NCBI RefSeq assembly: GCF_963921235.1
Contig: NC_086109.1
Coordinates: forward strand, 9,426,001 to 9,490,000
Reading direction: 5' to 3'
Length of the DNA: 64,000 nt
Origin: Mobula hypostoma
Lineage: Eukaryota
In this document: piece by piece, positions 11,690 to 25,940 of the stretch
Layout of the letters: each line of letters opens with the position of its first letter
Position numbering within the stretch: the stretch's first letter is position 1
Position numbers and translations under genes: made by a program
Notes under the pieces: generated by a model
The model's database searches: none
Told to the model about the DNA's origin: nothing
The model's input: the letters and a program-made list of their open reading frames with translations, nothing else

Positions 11690-13924
11690 GTTCTACATTT
11701 CCAGTTCCTACAGAATCTCTTGTGTTCTTTAATCCAAGCCTTCCAGTCCTATTACTATCCATATTAATCTTTTTTTTTTGTCCTTCCTCCAGTTAAGTGA
11801 AATCCTTCCTATAGCATGGTGACTAGAACTGCATGTAGTATTCCAAATGTGGTCTTGCCAATGTCTTGTATGGCTGCAGCAAGCTGTCCCAACTCCTGAA
11901 CTTCTATTCTAACTAATGAATGCAAGCCTACCAAATGCTACCTTCACCACCCAGTCTACCTGTATCATCGTTTTCAAGGAACTCTGTACCTGCACTCGTA
12001 GTTCTCTCTGATCTACAACACTTCCCAGGGCCCTAGCATTTAAAGATTAGCTTTACTTGTCACATGTAATTGAAAGGTAGAGTGTTGCTTGTGTCAAATC
12101 TCATCAGTGAGGGTTGTGTCACCACACTTCCAGTGCCAACATAGCATGCCCTTTTGCCCATATTATTGTGTTGAACCAAGTAAATTAGTAATCAAATGGC
12201 CAGCCATGTGCCTATCTAAACCAATGTATATGTCTCTACCACTGCCCCTGGCAGCGCATTCCAGTTACCCACCACTTGCTCTTTAAAAGAAACTTGCCCC
12301 TTTTCACCCTAAATGCGTGCTGTCTGGTATTAGACACTTCAACCCTGGGAAAAAGATATATTCTCTCTACTCTCTCTAAGCCTCTCATAATCTTTAAAAC
12401 CTCTATAGATCTCCACTCTGCGAATTTCACTCCAGAGAAAACAATCTAAGTTTGTCCAACCTCTTGCTGTAGCACAGGCAACATCCTAGTAAATCTCTTC
12501 TGCACCCTCTCTAAAGCCTTGACATCCTTCCTATAATGGGGTGACCAGAACTGTACAGTGCTCCAGATGCAGCCTAACTAGAATCTTAGAGACCTGAGAA
12601 ATTCTGCAGATGCTGAAAATCTAAAGCAACGCGCACACAAAATGCTGGAGGAACTCAGCAGTTCAGGCCACATTTAGGGAAAGGAATATATAGTCAATGT
12701 TTCGGGTCAAGGCTGAAAAGGAAGTGGAAGGACCATGAAGCTGCAACATAACTTCTTGACTTTTGAACTCAGTGCAGTGCCTTGAATAATCAGGCAAGAA
12801 TGCCATAATGCCGCCTTAACCACCCTATCAATCTGTGTAACCACTTTCAGCAAGCTGTGAACTTGGACCCCAAGATCCCTTTGCTCATCATCAATATATT
12901 GTCAGCATTATGCTGCACTTAGGACTTCCAAGTGGGCATCTTGATGCTGAGTTGGAACTCCGGGTCACAGACCTGTGAACTTGTGCATGAATCCCCTTTC
13001 AAGTTTGAAGCCCTGGTCACGTCAGTGATTCCTGGCTGACTCTGCTCCTGTTATTAATAACACACCATGGGATAATCCAAATCAGGGATCTCATGAGGCT
13101 CATATGAGTTATTTAATTTGAATTAAAATAGAGATGATCAGTAGGAGGTTTTGAAACTATATGGTTCTTGTTTGGTCTGTTTTGGGAATTTAAATAAAAC
13201 ATGAACCTTAGTACTTAGCTTTTACACTTATTATCCCATGATACATAAGGACATACTGCGGGAACACAACGATGCAGTTAGCAGGGAGAACACTAGAGAC
13301 CAAGGTTTAATCCTGATCATGAGACGCAGGAGCAGAGTTAGGCCATTCATCTCATAGGCCCTGTCTGATTGCAATTTGCACGTTTTCCCTGTAATTGCGG
13401 GCTCGGCTTGATACATCAACTGTACATTTTTCCATAGATGCTGCCTAGCCTGCTGAGTTCCTCCAGCATTTTGTGTGTTACTTGGATTTCCAGCATCTGC
13501 AGATTTTCCCTTATTTGGGTTTCTTCTAGGTGCTCTGGACTCCTCCCACAAACCCAAGACTTGTTAGTTGGTAGGTTAACTGGCCATTGTATATTTCCTC
13601 TGGTATGTTGGTGAGTGGTAGAATCTATGAATTGTTCAGAGTGTGAGGGGAGAAATCAATGATTGTAGATGTGGTGTAAATGGGTGGTGGGTGGTTGATG
13701 GTTGGTGGGCTGAATGGCCTACTTCCATGTGCATCACTCTTTGACTCTAATCAGTACCCTGGCTAGTTAACTCTTTCAGAACTTGATTAGAAGAATCAAC
13801 TTTATCTAGCCATTCATGTTCTACCCCTCATTCTGTTCTTCTGTGCTTTTCTTTTCAAAATGTTTAAATGTTTGGATTTTTTTAAGTGATATTCTTTCAC
13901 CTTTGGAATTGATTTTATTTTATT

Positions 13925-14190
13925 TATTTTATTGAGATACAGTGCAGAATAGACCCTTCTAGCCCTTCAAGTCACACCACTCAGCAATCCCTGATTTATC
14001 CCTAGCATAATCACTGGGCAATTTATAATGACCAATTAACCTACCAATCAGTATTTCTTTGGATTGTAGGAGGAAACCCATGCAGTCACGGGGAGAATGT
14101 ACAAACACCTCACAGCTGGCGGGGGGAATTAAACCTGGGTCGCCTGTACTGTAAAGCGTTGTGCTAACCACTACGCTACAGTGCCACCCA
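13925..14190 (-). mobile_element. tRNA-derived V-type SINE (representative copy)
   Basis: Head GGGTGGCACTGTAGCGTAGTGGTTAGCAC... with A/B boxes and a central gtgggtttcctcc domain. Other copies at about 1830-2100, 3615-3845, 23355-23580, 34110-34430, 37823-38100, 38936-39190, 40410-40660 and 62770-63060. Confidence 0.8.
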
Positions 14191-15194
14191 ATTTGATTTT
14201 GCGTACTGCAGTGGTGTAAGCTTACAGAAAAAAAATAATGATGAAAGAAATTTTACTTTGGGTTATGTATTTAATGCTTCAATGAAGTGAGTCATATGCC
14301 TATTTTTATGCACATTTTTAATCCTTCTTCTGTGTTTTGTTACAGCTCTTCATTTGTTGGGACCCACTGCTAGCCATAGTTGCCATTAAAAATGAATTCA
14401 TTGAAAATGTTCTACTTCTGAAGTGTCAAATATGGTACATTATCGTCTGCATTTTCTTTAAAGAAAACTTTGCCTTTTTTTTAAAAAAGGAACAGTCTCT
14501 GTCCAAAGGTCAGAAATACACAAATATTTTAGAATGGCTTTAAATTATTACTACATTCCTGCAGTGATCCTCTGAGTTTAAGACTCTTGGTAAAAAGAAA
14601 AAGACATTTTGATGGGCTGCTACTTTAAGAATAGGGCCATGTGCTTTTAGTAAATTTCAACGCTTTATGAAGTCATTTCATTCGTTGATGTGCATCCTAT
14701 TTAAAACTGTTTGAAATCGACCATGTACAGGTTCTTGGAGACGTACTGTCTTTGATCCGGGTTTCAGGAATTATGTTGATGGTGTTTTGAAGATGGTCAT
14801 TACTATGCATTCATCAGCATAAACTTGCCATGCATTCTGTGGCAAATTATATGAGAATCTCAGTCACTACTGTCAATGAGGTTAAGGATGTTTGGTACAA
14901 ATTTCAAAGGTAATCTGCTCAATGAAACACTTCCAATTATCATTGCCAACAGGAATGTTAGTGTTTGACTTTGATCCTTTATAGCTGTATTAATAAAATT
15001 AGCACAGGTGCAAATTAAATGAGGTATCCCTGAAGTAGCTATTTCCATGCCTGGTGGGGAAAGTCAACAGTAGAATGCAATGGAACAATTAGCAATCTGC
15101 TGGAGGAGCTCAGGTTGTCAGTCAGCATCTGTTGAGGTGAGAAGAAGGGGAAGGAATAGCTGTCTCAAGTCAAAACTTTGCATAAGGACAAGAG

Positions 15195-15390
15195 ACTGCA
15201 GAAGATAGAAATCCAGAGTAACACAAAAAATGCTGGAGGAACTCAGCAGGTCAGGCAGCATCTGTGGAAAGGAATAAAGAGTTGACGTTTTGGCCTGATG
15301 AAAATCTCAACCCAAAATGGTGACTCTTTATTCCTTTACATAGATGCTGCCTGACCTCCTGAGTTCCTCTAGCATTTTGTGTGTGTTACT
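15195..15390. repeat. Penelope-derived palindromic repeat (representative copy)
   Basis: atgctggaggaactcagcaggtcaggcagcatc ... gatgctgcctgacctcctgagttcctctagcattt inverted arms around a decayed ctgatga..aaa core. Similar copies at about 4600-4815, 26820-26990, 52845-53010 and 53630-54205. Confidence 0.6.
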
Positions 15391-18300
15391 TTGGTTAAGT
15401 AATGGCAATGATTTATTTGGGAGAGTGGCATTTGTTTGAGATGCAAACTGGAATTTCTTATCCAAGTACGATAACATGGTTCACATTGAAGGGCGTGGGT
15501 TTGTATTCTGTGTGAAGAACAGCCTTCACCTTGGACATCTACATGTGAGAACAGTGGCCATTCTCCACAATATTAGAGCTTCCTGAGGTGGGAGGGATGA
15601 AGCCGTTTCCCTGGACTCCTCCATTTCAAGGACGGTTCAGTGCCTTTGCAGGGATGGGAAGGGTGATTGAAAGAGAAGAAATGAAAACAAAATGGCTGAA
15701 AAGAATGGGGAGGTAAGTTAGGTTCAAATGGGAACATTAAAAGAGGTGGTAAAAGGCCAGTGGATATAGTGACGTGGGCAGTAATAGCTTCATAGTAATT
15801 TCCTTTTTGAAAATTGTGTAGATATATCCAAGAAAATTTCAGTTCTTTAAGTTAACAATACATCTGCTTAGAAAATGGGAAAAGGTCCAACAATATCTAT
15901 TCTTTTGATAACTCATAGGGAACTGTGGAGTAATTGTATATTGTACGTTGCATCGAAAGAATATGCTTTCATCAAGGTGGCCTTCTGCAATTTATATTGA
16001 ACATCCTTAATTTGCCTCTTTTTCTGTTCTTGGCATCTTGACATTTTCAGGGTTACAAAATGTGCCAAACAAAGTGCCAACCCTCTCCATGCATGAAATA
16101 GTGTTTAACAAAATCCAGTCCGTCTGGTTCCTTGTTTACACTGAGACTTCTTTGCTCCTTCAGATTATAGGTACTTTAATTGCTAATTTATGCGTTGTAT
16201 TTTAGCTGTAGTTAAGTAAAAAGGACCAGAGTTCAGTTTTATCACCTTATACTTTTACCATTAAATGTGACCATTGAACAAGTGTTTGGCCATAAGCCTT
16301 TTTCCCAAGTCTGTGGGAATAACTACCGGCAGTTGAACAGATTGCCTGACGTTCTGAGTTTGTTCAACTTTCCCAATATGCCTTTTAAAGCTGCAGTATA
16401 TTTATGTATTTTGTAGAGATTGAGTTGACGGCTGTGAACTGCTCAGACCAAAACAAAACCGAGGATAGGAAAGGCACCACTATACTATCATCTATTAAAG
16501 ATCATAGAAACATACAACACAAAAATAAGCCCTTTTGGCTCACGTCACCATGCCAGCCATGATGCCTGTCTGCACTAATCGCATTTAACTATTTTAAACT
16601 CGTATCTCTCTTTGCCTTTCCTTTCTGAGTACCTGTCCAAGATGATATAAAAAAATGTAATTAAGATGTTTAAAACTGAAGTTTCAGTTTCGTGCTTTAA
16701 TGTCTCAACTTGTTAAACTCTTGCATTCTTTTATCCAATTAATATATTTGAAGCTTGTTTTAAAATTCATAATCTTGTTTTGAAATCCCTGTGATATTAA
16801 CTGCTGTATAAGGCAAAGTGTCATTAATTCACGTGACATTCCTAGATCTAATTCCACTTATTACTTGGGTACACAGGCTTTGCTCACATTCCTTTAGAAG
16901 CCTAATAATAACTAAATTATGATTACTACAGTGAGAGATGATCTGCAGTTTAGTTTGCATTAGGTTTGGTGCTGTTGGTAGCTAGAAAAGGGTCCATTTA
17001 ATAGGCAGAAAGTATAAAATATTAATAGCTATCTCTGTACAGTTGACATCTTTGCTTGTCGATTGTGGCTTGATATTTAGAACATACTGTAGAACAGTAC
17101 AGCGCAATACAGACTCTTTGACCCATGATGTTGTGACCTTTAAGATCAATCTAACCCTCCCCTTTCACATAACCCTCCATTGCTCTATCATTCTTGCGCT
17201 TATGTAAGAGTTTTTCTTAAATGTTCCTAATGTATCTGCCTCTACCACTACCCTGGTAGGGCGTTCCACCACCCCCACACTCCCTGTTTTAAAAAAAAAC
17301 CTTGCATCTGACATCCCACCCCCCATACTTCTTTCCAATCTCCCTAAAAAGATTCCATCTCATATTAGCTATAAGATCAGCACTTTTAGAGGAAGTAATG
17401 TGCCACATCGCTGTAACACAAGGAGGTTGTAGAGATTAATATAGAACCTTGGCATTCCCCTGTTTTCCTTTTAAATTTGCTTGGTAGTGTGAATGTTTAC
17501 TAAGACAACAATCATTTGACTGCAGGATTTACAAAGTTAGATGAGAATCACAGTGTATTTTGCTCACAGCTTCCCAGTTTTCACAATTAAACTGAATTGT
17601 ACAGCAAGGAAATGAACGGAATTAAAGTAAAGAAAATCAAATTTGGCCTTTGCAGAGTTGGTTAGATCTCCCATAGATTGCTGAGGTCATGCAGAACAGA
17701 CATCGCTTTGATTCAGATCTTCGAACTCTGTGGCTGCCTGTAGCAGGAATCGTTGATATAGGCAGGGAAGGATAACACCTATTTGTATCCCTGGATTTTA
17801 TTGTTTCCCAGAGATTCTTGCTGGGCTGGAATTAATCTCCTGTGGAAGTCGTGAGGAAAGGATGGCGGATATCTGTGATAATCAGAACCCGAATCAAAAT
17901 CAGATTTATTATCTCTGACATATGCTGTAAAATTCTTTTTGCCACAGCAGTACATTGCAATGCATAAAATATACTATAAATTACAAAAAAAAATTAAGTA
18001 GTATAAAAAGAGCAAAAATAGCGGAATGCAGTAAGATTCTATATTAACCTCCATTACCTTCTTGTGTTACAGCAATGTGGCCCATTACTTCCTGTAAAGG
18101 AGGTAGTGTTCATGGGTTCATTGTCCATTCAGAAATCTGATGACAGAGGGGAAGAAGCTTGTCCTAAAATATTGAGTTTCTTCAAACTCCTGTACCTCCT
18201 TTTTAATTGTAGTAGGGGTTCCTTAATGATGCCATTTCCCTCTTCCCTAAAATGAAGTCGAAAGTAAGAAGTATTTGGATTAATCTGCCTGGTGACAAGT

Positions 18301-18408
18301 GGTGTTGGAGGAACAAAATATTTTTTATGTCATTCCTGAGAAACAACTTGATAAATGATGGAAGCAAGCAAAGGAGCATAAGGAGTAGACAGTGTTGAGC
18401 GTACTATT

Positions 18409-18422
18409 CCACCAGGTGGCGC
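18409..18422 (+). promoter_or_regulatory. CTCF motif (forward)
   Basis: CCACCAGGTGGCGC closely matches the CTCF core consensus; it lies in unique AT-rich DNA between FRS3 and PGC. Confidence 0.55.
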
Positions 18423-21400
18423 CAACGTATAACACTTTAACAATTCAGTTCCATGCAATTTGAAATTTGGAATCTTTGCTTACTAATTGATAGTTCATTA
18501 ATGTTCTTTGTTTTTGCATTTTTAACCCATTACCTTATCAGTGTTGAAACTAATAAACCCAGAAATTGGAACCAGATGATGAATATATTGCAGCTTTGAA
18601 AATGTGTTCAGTGTATTTTGAAAGTTGCGAGCATCCAACTTACCACTTCTGACAGTAAGTGCAGTTGGTAGCTTTCAGCTTCTCCTCCACTGAGCCAGTA
18701 CACATGGCCTTTGTTCACTCAGTCCTCACGCTAGGATCATCTACACCATTCACCTCTGCTGCGAGGGATTTTGTCTGCTTTTTCAATTGCAGCAGTCTTG
18801 TGCACAACTTTTAACATTGGGTTTGCCAGCTGAATGGCTACACAGTATTAACTACTAAATATACAGTATATAATGTCTGTAGTCATCAGAGTGTGGTTCA
18901 GCAGAGCTAAACAATGTAACTTCTTTCCCACTTTGCCCTCTTTTGCACTTAGGGGTCAGATATCATTAGATCTAATGTGAAGGCTTGATATTTGCTGTCA
19001 AGTCCTGAATGTGGCTGAGCTGCATTGATTAGATTCAGTAGCAGCCTTGTTTGGTCTGTCTTAAATGAGGTTAATGAGTGCCAAATTAGATTGACTTATA
19101 CTTTGGGCTGAACTCCCTCTGGATTAAGATTGGTCAGAATTTCTTGAAGTTATGTGCTTTAAGTGCTAGTAGGTGAAGAAGACCTTATTCTCTTCAACGA
19201 GACCATATGACACAGGAGCAGAATTAGGCCACTTGGTCCATTGAGTCTGCTGCTGATTTGTTATTCCCATAACCTTTGGCACCCTTACCAATCAAGAACC
19301 TATCAACCTCCACTTTAAACATACCCAATAACTTGGCCTCCACAGCCATCTTTGGCAATGAATTCCACAGATTCACCACCCCCTGGTAATGAAATTCCTC
19401 CTTATCTCTGTTCTAAAGGGATGTCCTTGTGTTTTGGAACTTTACCCCCGGTCCTAGACTCCCCCACTATAGGAAACATCCTCTCCACGTCCACTCTATC
19501 TAGGCCTTTCAACATTCGATAGGTTTCAATGAGATTGCCCTTTCATTCTTTTAAACTCTAGCAGGTACAGGTCCAGAGCCATCAAACACTCCTCACATGT
19601 TAACCGTTTCATTCCTGGGACCCTCTCCAATGCCAGCGCATCTTTCCTTTTTGATAAGGGGCTCACAATAACTCGAAGAGCAATCTGACCAATGCCTTAA
19701 AGTCTCAGATTCAAATCCAATTAGGACAAGAAGCCATCTTTGAGCTCCATTACAGCCAGAACTAGTTCTGACCCACTAATAGAAATATAAATTAAAATAG
19801 TTTGAAACTGTGACTTGAACCCTGTCTCTTGTCCAGCTACAGTTCCTTCACAGCAACCCCAAGGCAAGGGCAGCTGTCTCTGAAGCTGCTGAGCAACCTT
19901 CAAGGTCACTTTAAATCTGTGGATCAAAGCCAAGTGTCCTTGAATATCTTGTTGACTTTGGCCAGATCCTTAAGTGTAATGTCAGCCTTAAAGCAATGGC
20001 CACTATCTTTTCCCAAAACAAACAGGGAGATCTGGTTAAGGCATTATGCACAAGACAAAGTTTTAAATTTAAAAGTTCTTTATAGAAATTCCTGTACAAA
20101 GACACTTTAACCCCTTTTTTTGGTAAAAAGTATGGAGAACCTCTGAGACAGCTGAAGTTATGTTTACAGATTAATGCTAAAATTCTACTAGAGCACAAGT
20201 GCCTAAGTTGCCATGTGAATAGACTCGTAGCAGTACCTTTCTGTGGAGAGTGGTTTTGGTGTGGTGGGGAAGATTAAAAGATACTACCATTGCCAACGTT
20301 TGGTTTATTGCAATTACTTTTGAAATGCAAGGCTTTGCCTGACTCTGTCTATAATCTGTAAAGAAGACAAGCGAGTGCCTTATCACTATGCTAGCCAGAT
20401 GTTTAGACAGAAGCAAGAGTCTTAAATGCTGTCACCTTTGGCCACACTTGCTGTACTGGCCATAACATTCACAAATTTGTGTTCTTGGCCTCAAAATATG
20501 TAGTGTGTAAAAGTGGAAAGTGGTTTCATTCTTCAGCACTGATGACCAATATGCAGTGAACACCTGTGTTCTTCAAAAATACTGGGAATTCAATGAAGAA
20601 TGTTTAAACCAGGTATAGGTTGTAGGGACTGTGAATGATTTGCAATGCCTTTGTTGACCCACTAGTGACATTTTATGCCTCTAGTCAAAAGCGCATTTGC
20701 GCAGGCTTTGTTGTGTGGTTACTTTAAAATTTCAGCAGGAGCGATCTCTTCAGTATTGTGTAAAGTTTCATGAACGAATTCTCTGAGCAGGTTCCAGACC
20801 ATGTGCATCACTGTCTTAAGGTACTTCATTCCTCTGCACGCGCTGATCTGCTGCCAGTTTAGTAGAAGTTTCTTGTGTACTGCACGTAGTTCTGTAGATG
20901 CCCTTGGATGCAGCTGTATATATCAGCTTCTGTGAGCTTTAGCAAGGCACGGATGAAGGTAATCACAGAATTTCTTGAATGTCGATGGGACTCAATGAAT
21001 CTGAAGAAATGCAGAAACATTTTTTAGCTGAATTAATTTCTATTTAAAGATGAGTATTTTAAAAATAATGGATTGTTTTTGTACTTGATTGCTTTATAAG
21101 CAGAAAGCTGATGTTCTGCAGTGCTGAAGTATGATCATGGTTTCTTTTCTGGGTTTGAGGGAATAAAATTTCCAACCTTCCATGAAAGCTGCCATTTAAA
21201 ATTTACGTTGTCACTGGTAGTGCAGGTACATGTATCATGATAAAATTATGGTTAAAATAATGTTAAATTCTACAACCAATTGTTTTTGCCAAATCAACAA
21301 TTTACAGGAATATAATTAGATTTAAAATCTGAACACTAATTTCAAGTGAGTAGGTTTTAGTCCTCCTTTGTTTAAAATCATTGTCATGATTATAGAGTTC

Positions 21401-23263
21401 ATAGAGCTAAATAGCACGAAAACCATAAGACAAAGGAGCCATTCAGCCCATTGAGTCTGCTCCGCCAGTCCATCATGGCTGATTTATTATCCTTCTCAAC
21501 CCCTTTTTCCTACCTTCTCCCTGTAACTTTTGATGCCCTTACTAATTTAGTACCTATCAACCTTTGTTTTAAATGTTCCCAGTGACTTGGCCTCCACAGC
21601 CATCTGTGGCGATGAATTCCACAGATTAACCACCTTTTTATGGCTAATGAAATCCTTCCTCATCTCTTGTTCTAAAGGAACATCCTTGTATTCTGAGACT
21701 GTGCCCTCTGGTCCTAGACTCCCCCACTATGGGAAACATCCTCTCCATGTTCACTATGACTATGCCTTTTAATATTTGATGGGTTTCAATGAGTCCCCCC
21801 CACTCCTGTTCTTCTAAGCTTCAGTGAGTACAGGCTCATAGTGAGTTCAGAGCTCCTCATATTAACTGGTTTAAAATGTTAGGATTTCAAAATACTGTAT
21901 GTCTGGGTGATCAGTTCAGGCATTTGGAATTTGACCAAATGTCTCTTAGCATCAGCTTAGGGCCACAGAGTCATAGTCGTACAGCATGGAAGCCAGCCCT
22001 TCAACCCAACTAGTCTTTGTTGACTAAGGTGCCCATCTAAGGTAGTTCCATTTGCCTTTATTTGGTCTTTAGCCATCTAAACCTTCCCAATCTATGTACC
22101 TGTGGAACAGTCTTTTAAAAGTTGCTGTTTACCTGTCTCATCCACTTCCTCTGGCAGCTCATTACACATGTTTTTTGTTTTTTTTTAAAAAAGTTACCCC
22201 CTCCCCTCCTTCCCAGGGAAATTTTCCTATCTCATCTTAAACCTGCTTCCTTTAGTTCTTCATTCTCCAAACCAGGGAAAAGAGGTTTGAAACATTTGCA
22301 TTTCCAAATGGCATATCAGACCTATGGTTCTCACATTGGGCATATTTGCAAGCAGTAGTCAAAAAAAGGTATTACCTTGTTATCCCACTGAATAGAATAG
22401 TCCCCTGTGGCTAATGACTTTGACTTATTGTACAGTCTGGTGTCATTTAAAACTGACTTGCATTAAATCCACAGACTGAATTTCCAATTCATCTACAAAA
22501 TGCTTTTTACATGGTTGGGAACTGTGTAAATTCTGTGATTATCCTATCATCTAAACCCTGATGTCCATGAGTTGATGAACTGTGCTGTTTTTAACCCTTT
22601 CCAATCCATGACGTTCAAACCCACTTTGTTCATTCTGATGGTACTGATAATCCATAGCTGCTAGATGATAAAACTCAGCAGTTTAACTTGCAGCCACAAT
22701 TCAGTTTGCTTGTCTTGATGTTTCTTGGTAGATTTTGCACATCTTTCATCCAAAGTCCTGATATGTTCTGCACTACAACCATTGTTAAAACTACTCATAC
22801 CTAAGTCATTACTTTATCTTTAAAATATTATTCTCTCTGTTTAACAAAAGTCTCTAGTTTAAATTGAGCTCAAAAATCTTATTAACCGAAAAAGTGCTGT
22901 TTGTACCCTTGTGGATGAGGAAGGGTTAAATGTAGTTTAGTTTTCTTTGGGCAAACTGTAGGTACGCTTAAGCAGAATAATTATATTGTAATTTCAGTAA
23001 AAGTAATTGTAGTCTGATCCTGAGTATTTATGACTTTAATGAAGTGACTACACTAAAAAAAAATCCTCCTGAGGGATGAGCAATTAAGTTGGATGTTTCT
23101 GTTTTATGGAAATCAGGTTATGTTTATAATTGCATTGTATTATACTGTTAGCACCATTTCATACTTTGTTTATATGCTGTATGGAAATGTATGAAATATA
23201 ACAAGTAAATGTGTAAGAGCAATGCTGTATCATACTTTATTGGCCTTCAAACATGGCATATAG

Positions 23264-23269
23264 AATAAA
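23264..23269 (+). terminator. candidate distal polyadenylation signal of FRS3
   Basis: AATAAA ending an AU-rich, TE-free block (about 22400-23300) and followed by a U/GU-rich tract (ttgtttcagtattttctttt). Confidence 0.35.
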
Positions 23270-24870
23270 GAAATGGACTCAAACAAATTGTTTCAGTATT
23301 TTCTTTTAAAAGAGGTCAAATTCAAACTTATTATCAAAATTCATACAGTACATTTATTGATTGAGTAGCAACGCAGATAGGCCCTTCCAGCCTTTTGAGC
23401 TTACTGTCCAGAAATCCCCCAGTTTAATCCTGGCCTTGTCACAGGAAGGATGAAACCAGAGCACCCAGAGGAAACTCAAGGGGAGAACATACAAAACTCC
23501 TCTCAGGCAGAGGCATGATTTGAACCTGGGTCGTCTGCAATGTAAAGTACTGTGCTAACCACTACGCTACCGTGCCACCCAATGTTACTATACACTACCT
23601 TGAGATTAATTTTCTTGTGGGCATTTATAGGAAAATAGATTTATGGAAAAAAAACTATACATAAAGACAGCCAAACAATCCACAACAAACAATGTGCAAA
23701 AGAATTCAATTAAAACACTTGCCATTTAAGTGGTCAAGGAATTTAAATAAACATGGGTACTTGCTGTGAATCGCCCTCACATCAGTGTATTCGGGCAAAT
23801 GGTTTTGTGAAATCATATTTGAGCAATTGTTTCTTTGAAGAATTACCTTGTACGATGGCTGTACTTGGATTTCAGGAAGGCATTTGATGAAGGTGCTATG
23901 CCAAAGGTTATTAGGCTAGCTAAAGATTCATAATAAAGGAGACAATATTTTGGGTAGAAGAATGGCTGATTAGCAGGTAATGAAGTGGGTGTAAATGGGT
24001 CTTTCTCTGATTGGCAAGTGGTGTTCCACAGGGATTGGTGTTAGGACCCCAACTGTATTTAGAATTAATATTGATGACTGGCATTGAAAAATGACAAGGT
24101 TATTTTACTTATTTATATGACAATGCACGTTGCACCATACAGAGAAATGCCTCATTTGTGATATAAACCAACACAACCTAAGGATGTACTGAGGGCGGCT
24201 GGCCAGTGTTGCCACACATCCCTGTGCCAACCTAGCATGCTCACCATGCTCAGCGCAACAACACAAACAGTAACAGCAAAGCAAGCCCTCTTGCTTCCAC
24301 CCACTCCCTCACACCGACAGGCCCCCAACCCCCCAGGAGATGCCACCTCCGGACCGTCAACCTATGGTCCTTGGTGCGTCAGTATTTTAGAAGTTCTCCT
24401 TGTAGTTCTGGCTAAGATTTACCCCTCAGCAAAGATTGAATACATCGCCAGATCATTTATTGTATTATGTGGGAACTTGCTTTAGCCTTGTTGTGACCTC
24501 AGAGAATGCCCTAATGAAATTGCTCTTATCTCTAATGCGCTCTGGGGTATCTCATGATTGTGAAGGGTGCTACTGAAGTACATTAATGTGATTATATTAA
24601 ATCAACACAATTATTTGCTCTATGGAATAATCTCAATTCTTTGATATAGAATGAGTGTAATTGGGTGGCACGAGCTCCGTGGGCCAGAAGGACCTGTTAC
24701 TGTGATGTATCTCTAGATAACAAAAGTATCAAGGCATATTTTTAGTGTGCTGATACAGTTATCAGAAGTTGGTTTGTTTTCAAATGACTGTGAAGTTTTA
24801 ATCAAGGTTAAAGAAGTATATTAAGATTATTTTGTTTGTATTGAACAATAGAATTAAATTTACATTTAGC

Positions 24871-24913
24871 GATAAAATGACCCTCACCACCTGTTTAATC
24901 ACAAATATAAAAA
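24871..24913 (+). promoter_or_regulatory. pgc core promoter: GATA motif and TATA box
   Basis: GATAA at 24871-24875 and TATAAAAA at 24906-24913, about 95 bp upstream of the ATG at 25006. Confidence 0.6.
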
Positions 24914-25005
24914 CGCTCAACTTGCTCCGATCTCCGGCACATTCCGAGGAACTGTGCGGACCTTTGCTGACTGAATCGTTGCGAAGGGCCACAACAAGGC
25001 GCAGA

Positions 25006-25061
25006 ATGAAGTGGTTAATCTTTGCTTTCATTTGCATCCAGCTCTCTGAGGGTCTGCACAA
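25006..25061 (+). CDS. PGC: pepsinogen C exon 1 (signal peptide)
   Basis: MKWLIFAFICIQLSEGLH-K, a typical pepsinogen signal peptide; donor AA|gtaagt, phase 2. Confidence 0.9.
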
Positions 25062-25197
25062 GTAAGTCCCTAAAAAGTTAAATAACTTTCCAGCATTTTC
25101 CGTTTTTCCAGAGTATGTATTAGTTCTTGTTTTCAAAGGAGGAAGAGGTACTATGTAATTCTGCCTGATAGCTGGTTTCAAGGGCGTTCACGTATTA

Positions 25198-25940
25198 AGG
25201 CCAATTTATACTTGTGTGTCAAATCGACACCGTAGGTACGGCGTAGCCGCGTACCCTACACCGTACCCTATGCTGTACCATACACCGTAGCCTGACGCGC
25301 ACCTCTCCAAGAATGTAACTACACGTCGCGGCGATGCAGACCACAACAACTGTGGTTGGTCTGCTAGGTAGCATTGCATTTCCTCCTACGCTGCAATTGG
25401 GCGACTGAAGGGCATGGAAGGAACTCTGGCTGCAATGCTTTCCATAAAGCTTTACAGACCTCCGAAATTATGGAGGACCCTGTGCTTGACGCCAGTTTGT
25501 AGCTAGCTGCTACAGCCTGTTGACTTCCACCTAAAGCTAAAACTCGAATGGTGATTGCCAGTCTCTGAGTATACTGTGCGTACACTGATGCGAAATAAAT
25601 GGTTAGAGACGATGAACCAAATTGTCAAATCTACCTGCTGACATCCAAAAATATTTGAAATGCATTTCCTTGTCCATGTCTCTCAGTGGCCGGACAAGCA
25701 CAGAAAATTCACCTTCTTTCAGTTTCAGTCACCATTGTTTGAAGTTTGTTTCTTCTTGTTGAGTTTCAACACGAAGAAACTCAACAGAGTGGCATAGAAA
25801 TCCCACCGCCAACTAGCGCTTTGGCAGTGAATTGCAGAGTGACGCAGACACACCAACGCACAAGTATAAATGCTCACAACGGTGTAACCCACTTGCGTAG
25901 GCTATGGCGTAAACTAGTACGCACAAGTATAAATCAGCCT
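25198..25940 (-). mobile_element. internally deleted PIF/Harbinger DNA transposon in pgc intron 1
   Basis: TIRs AGGCCAATTTATACTTGTGTGT / ACGCACAAGTATAAATCAGCCT, flanks TTA/TCA. Minus-strand peptides [12 protein letters not shown] and [51 protein letters not shown] resemble the Harbinger transposase N-terminus. Confidence 0.8.

Noticed and set aside
18959..18985. Short palindrome CATTAGATCTAATG as a regulatory or hairpin element
   Set aside because: A single 14-bp palindrome in 64 kb of AT-rich DNA is not clearly beyond chance and has no supporting context.
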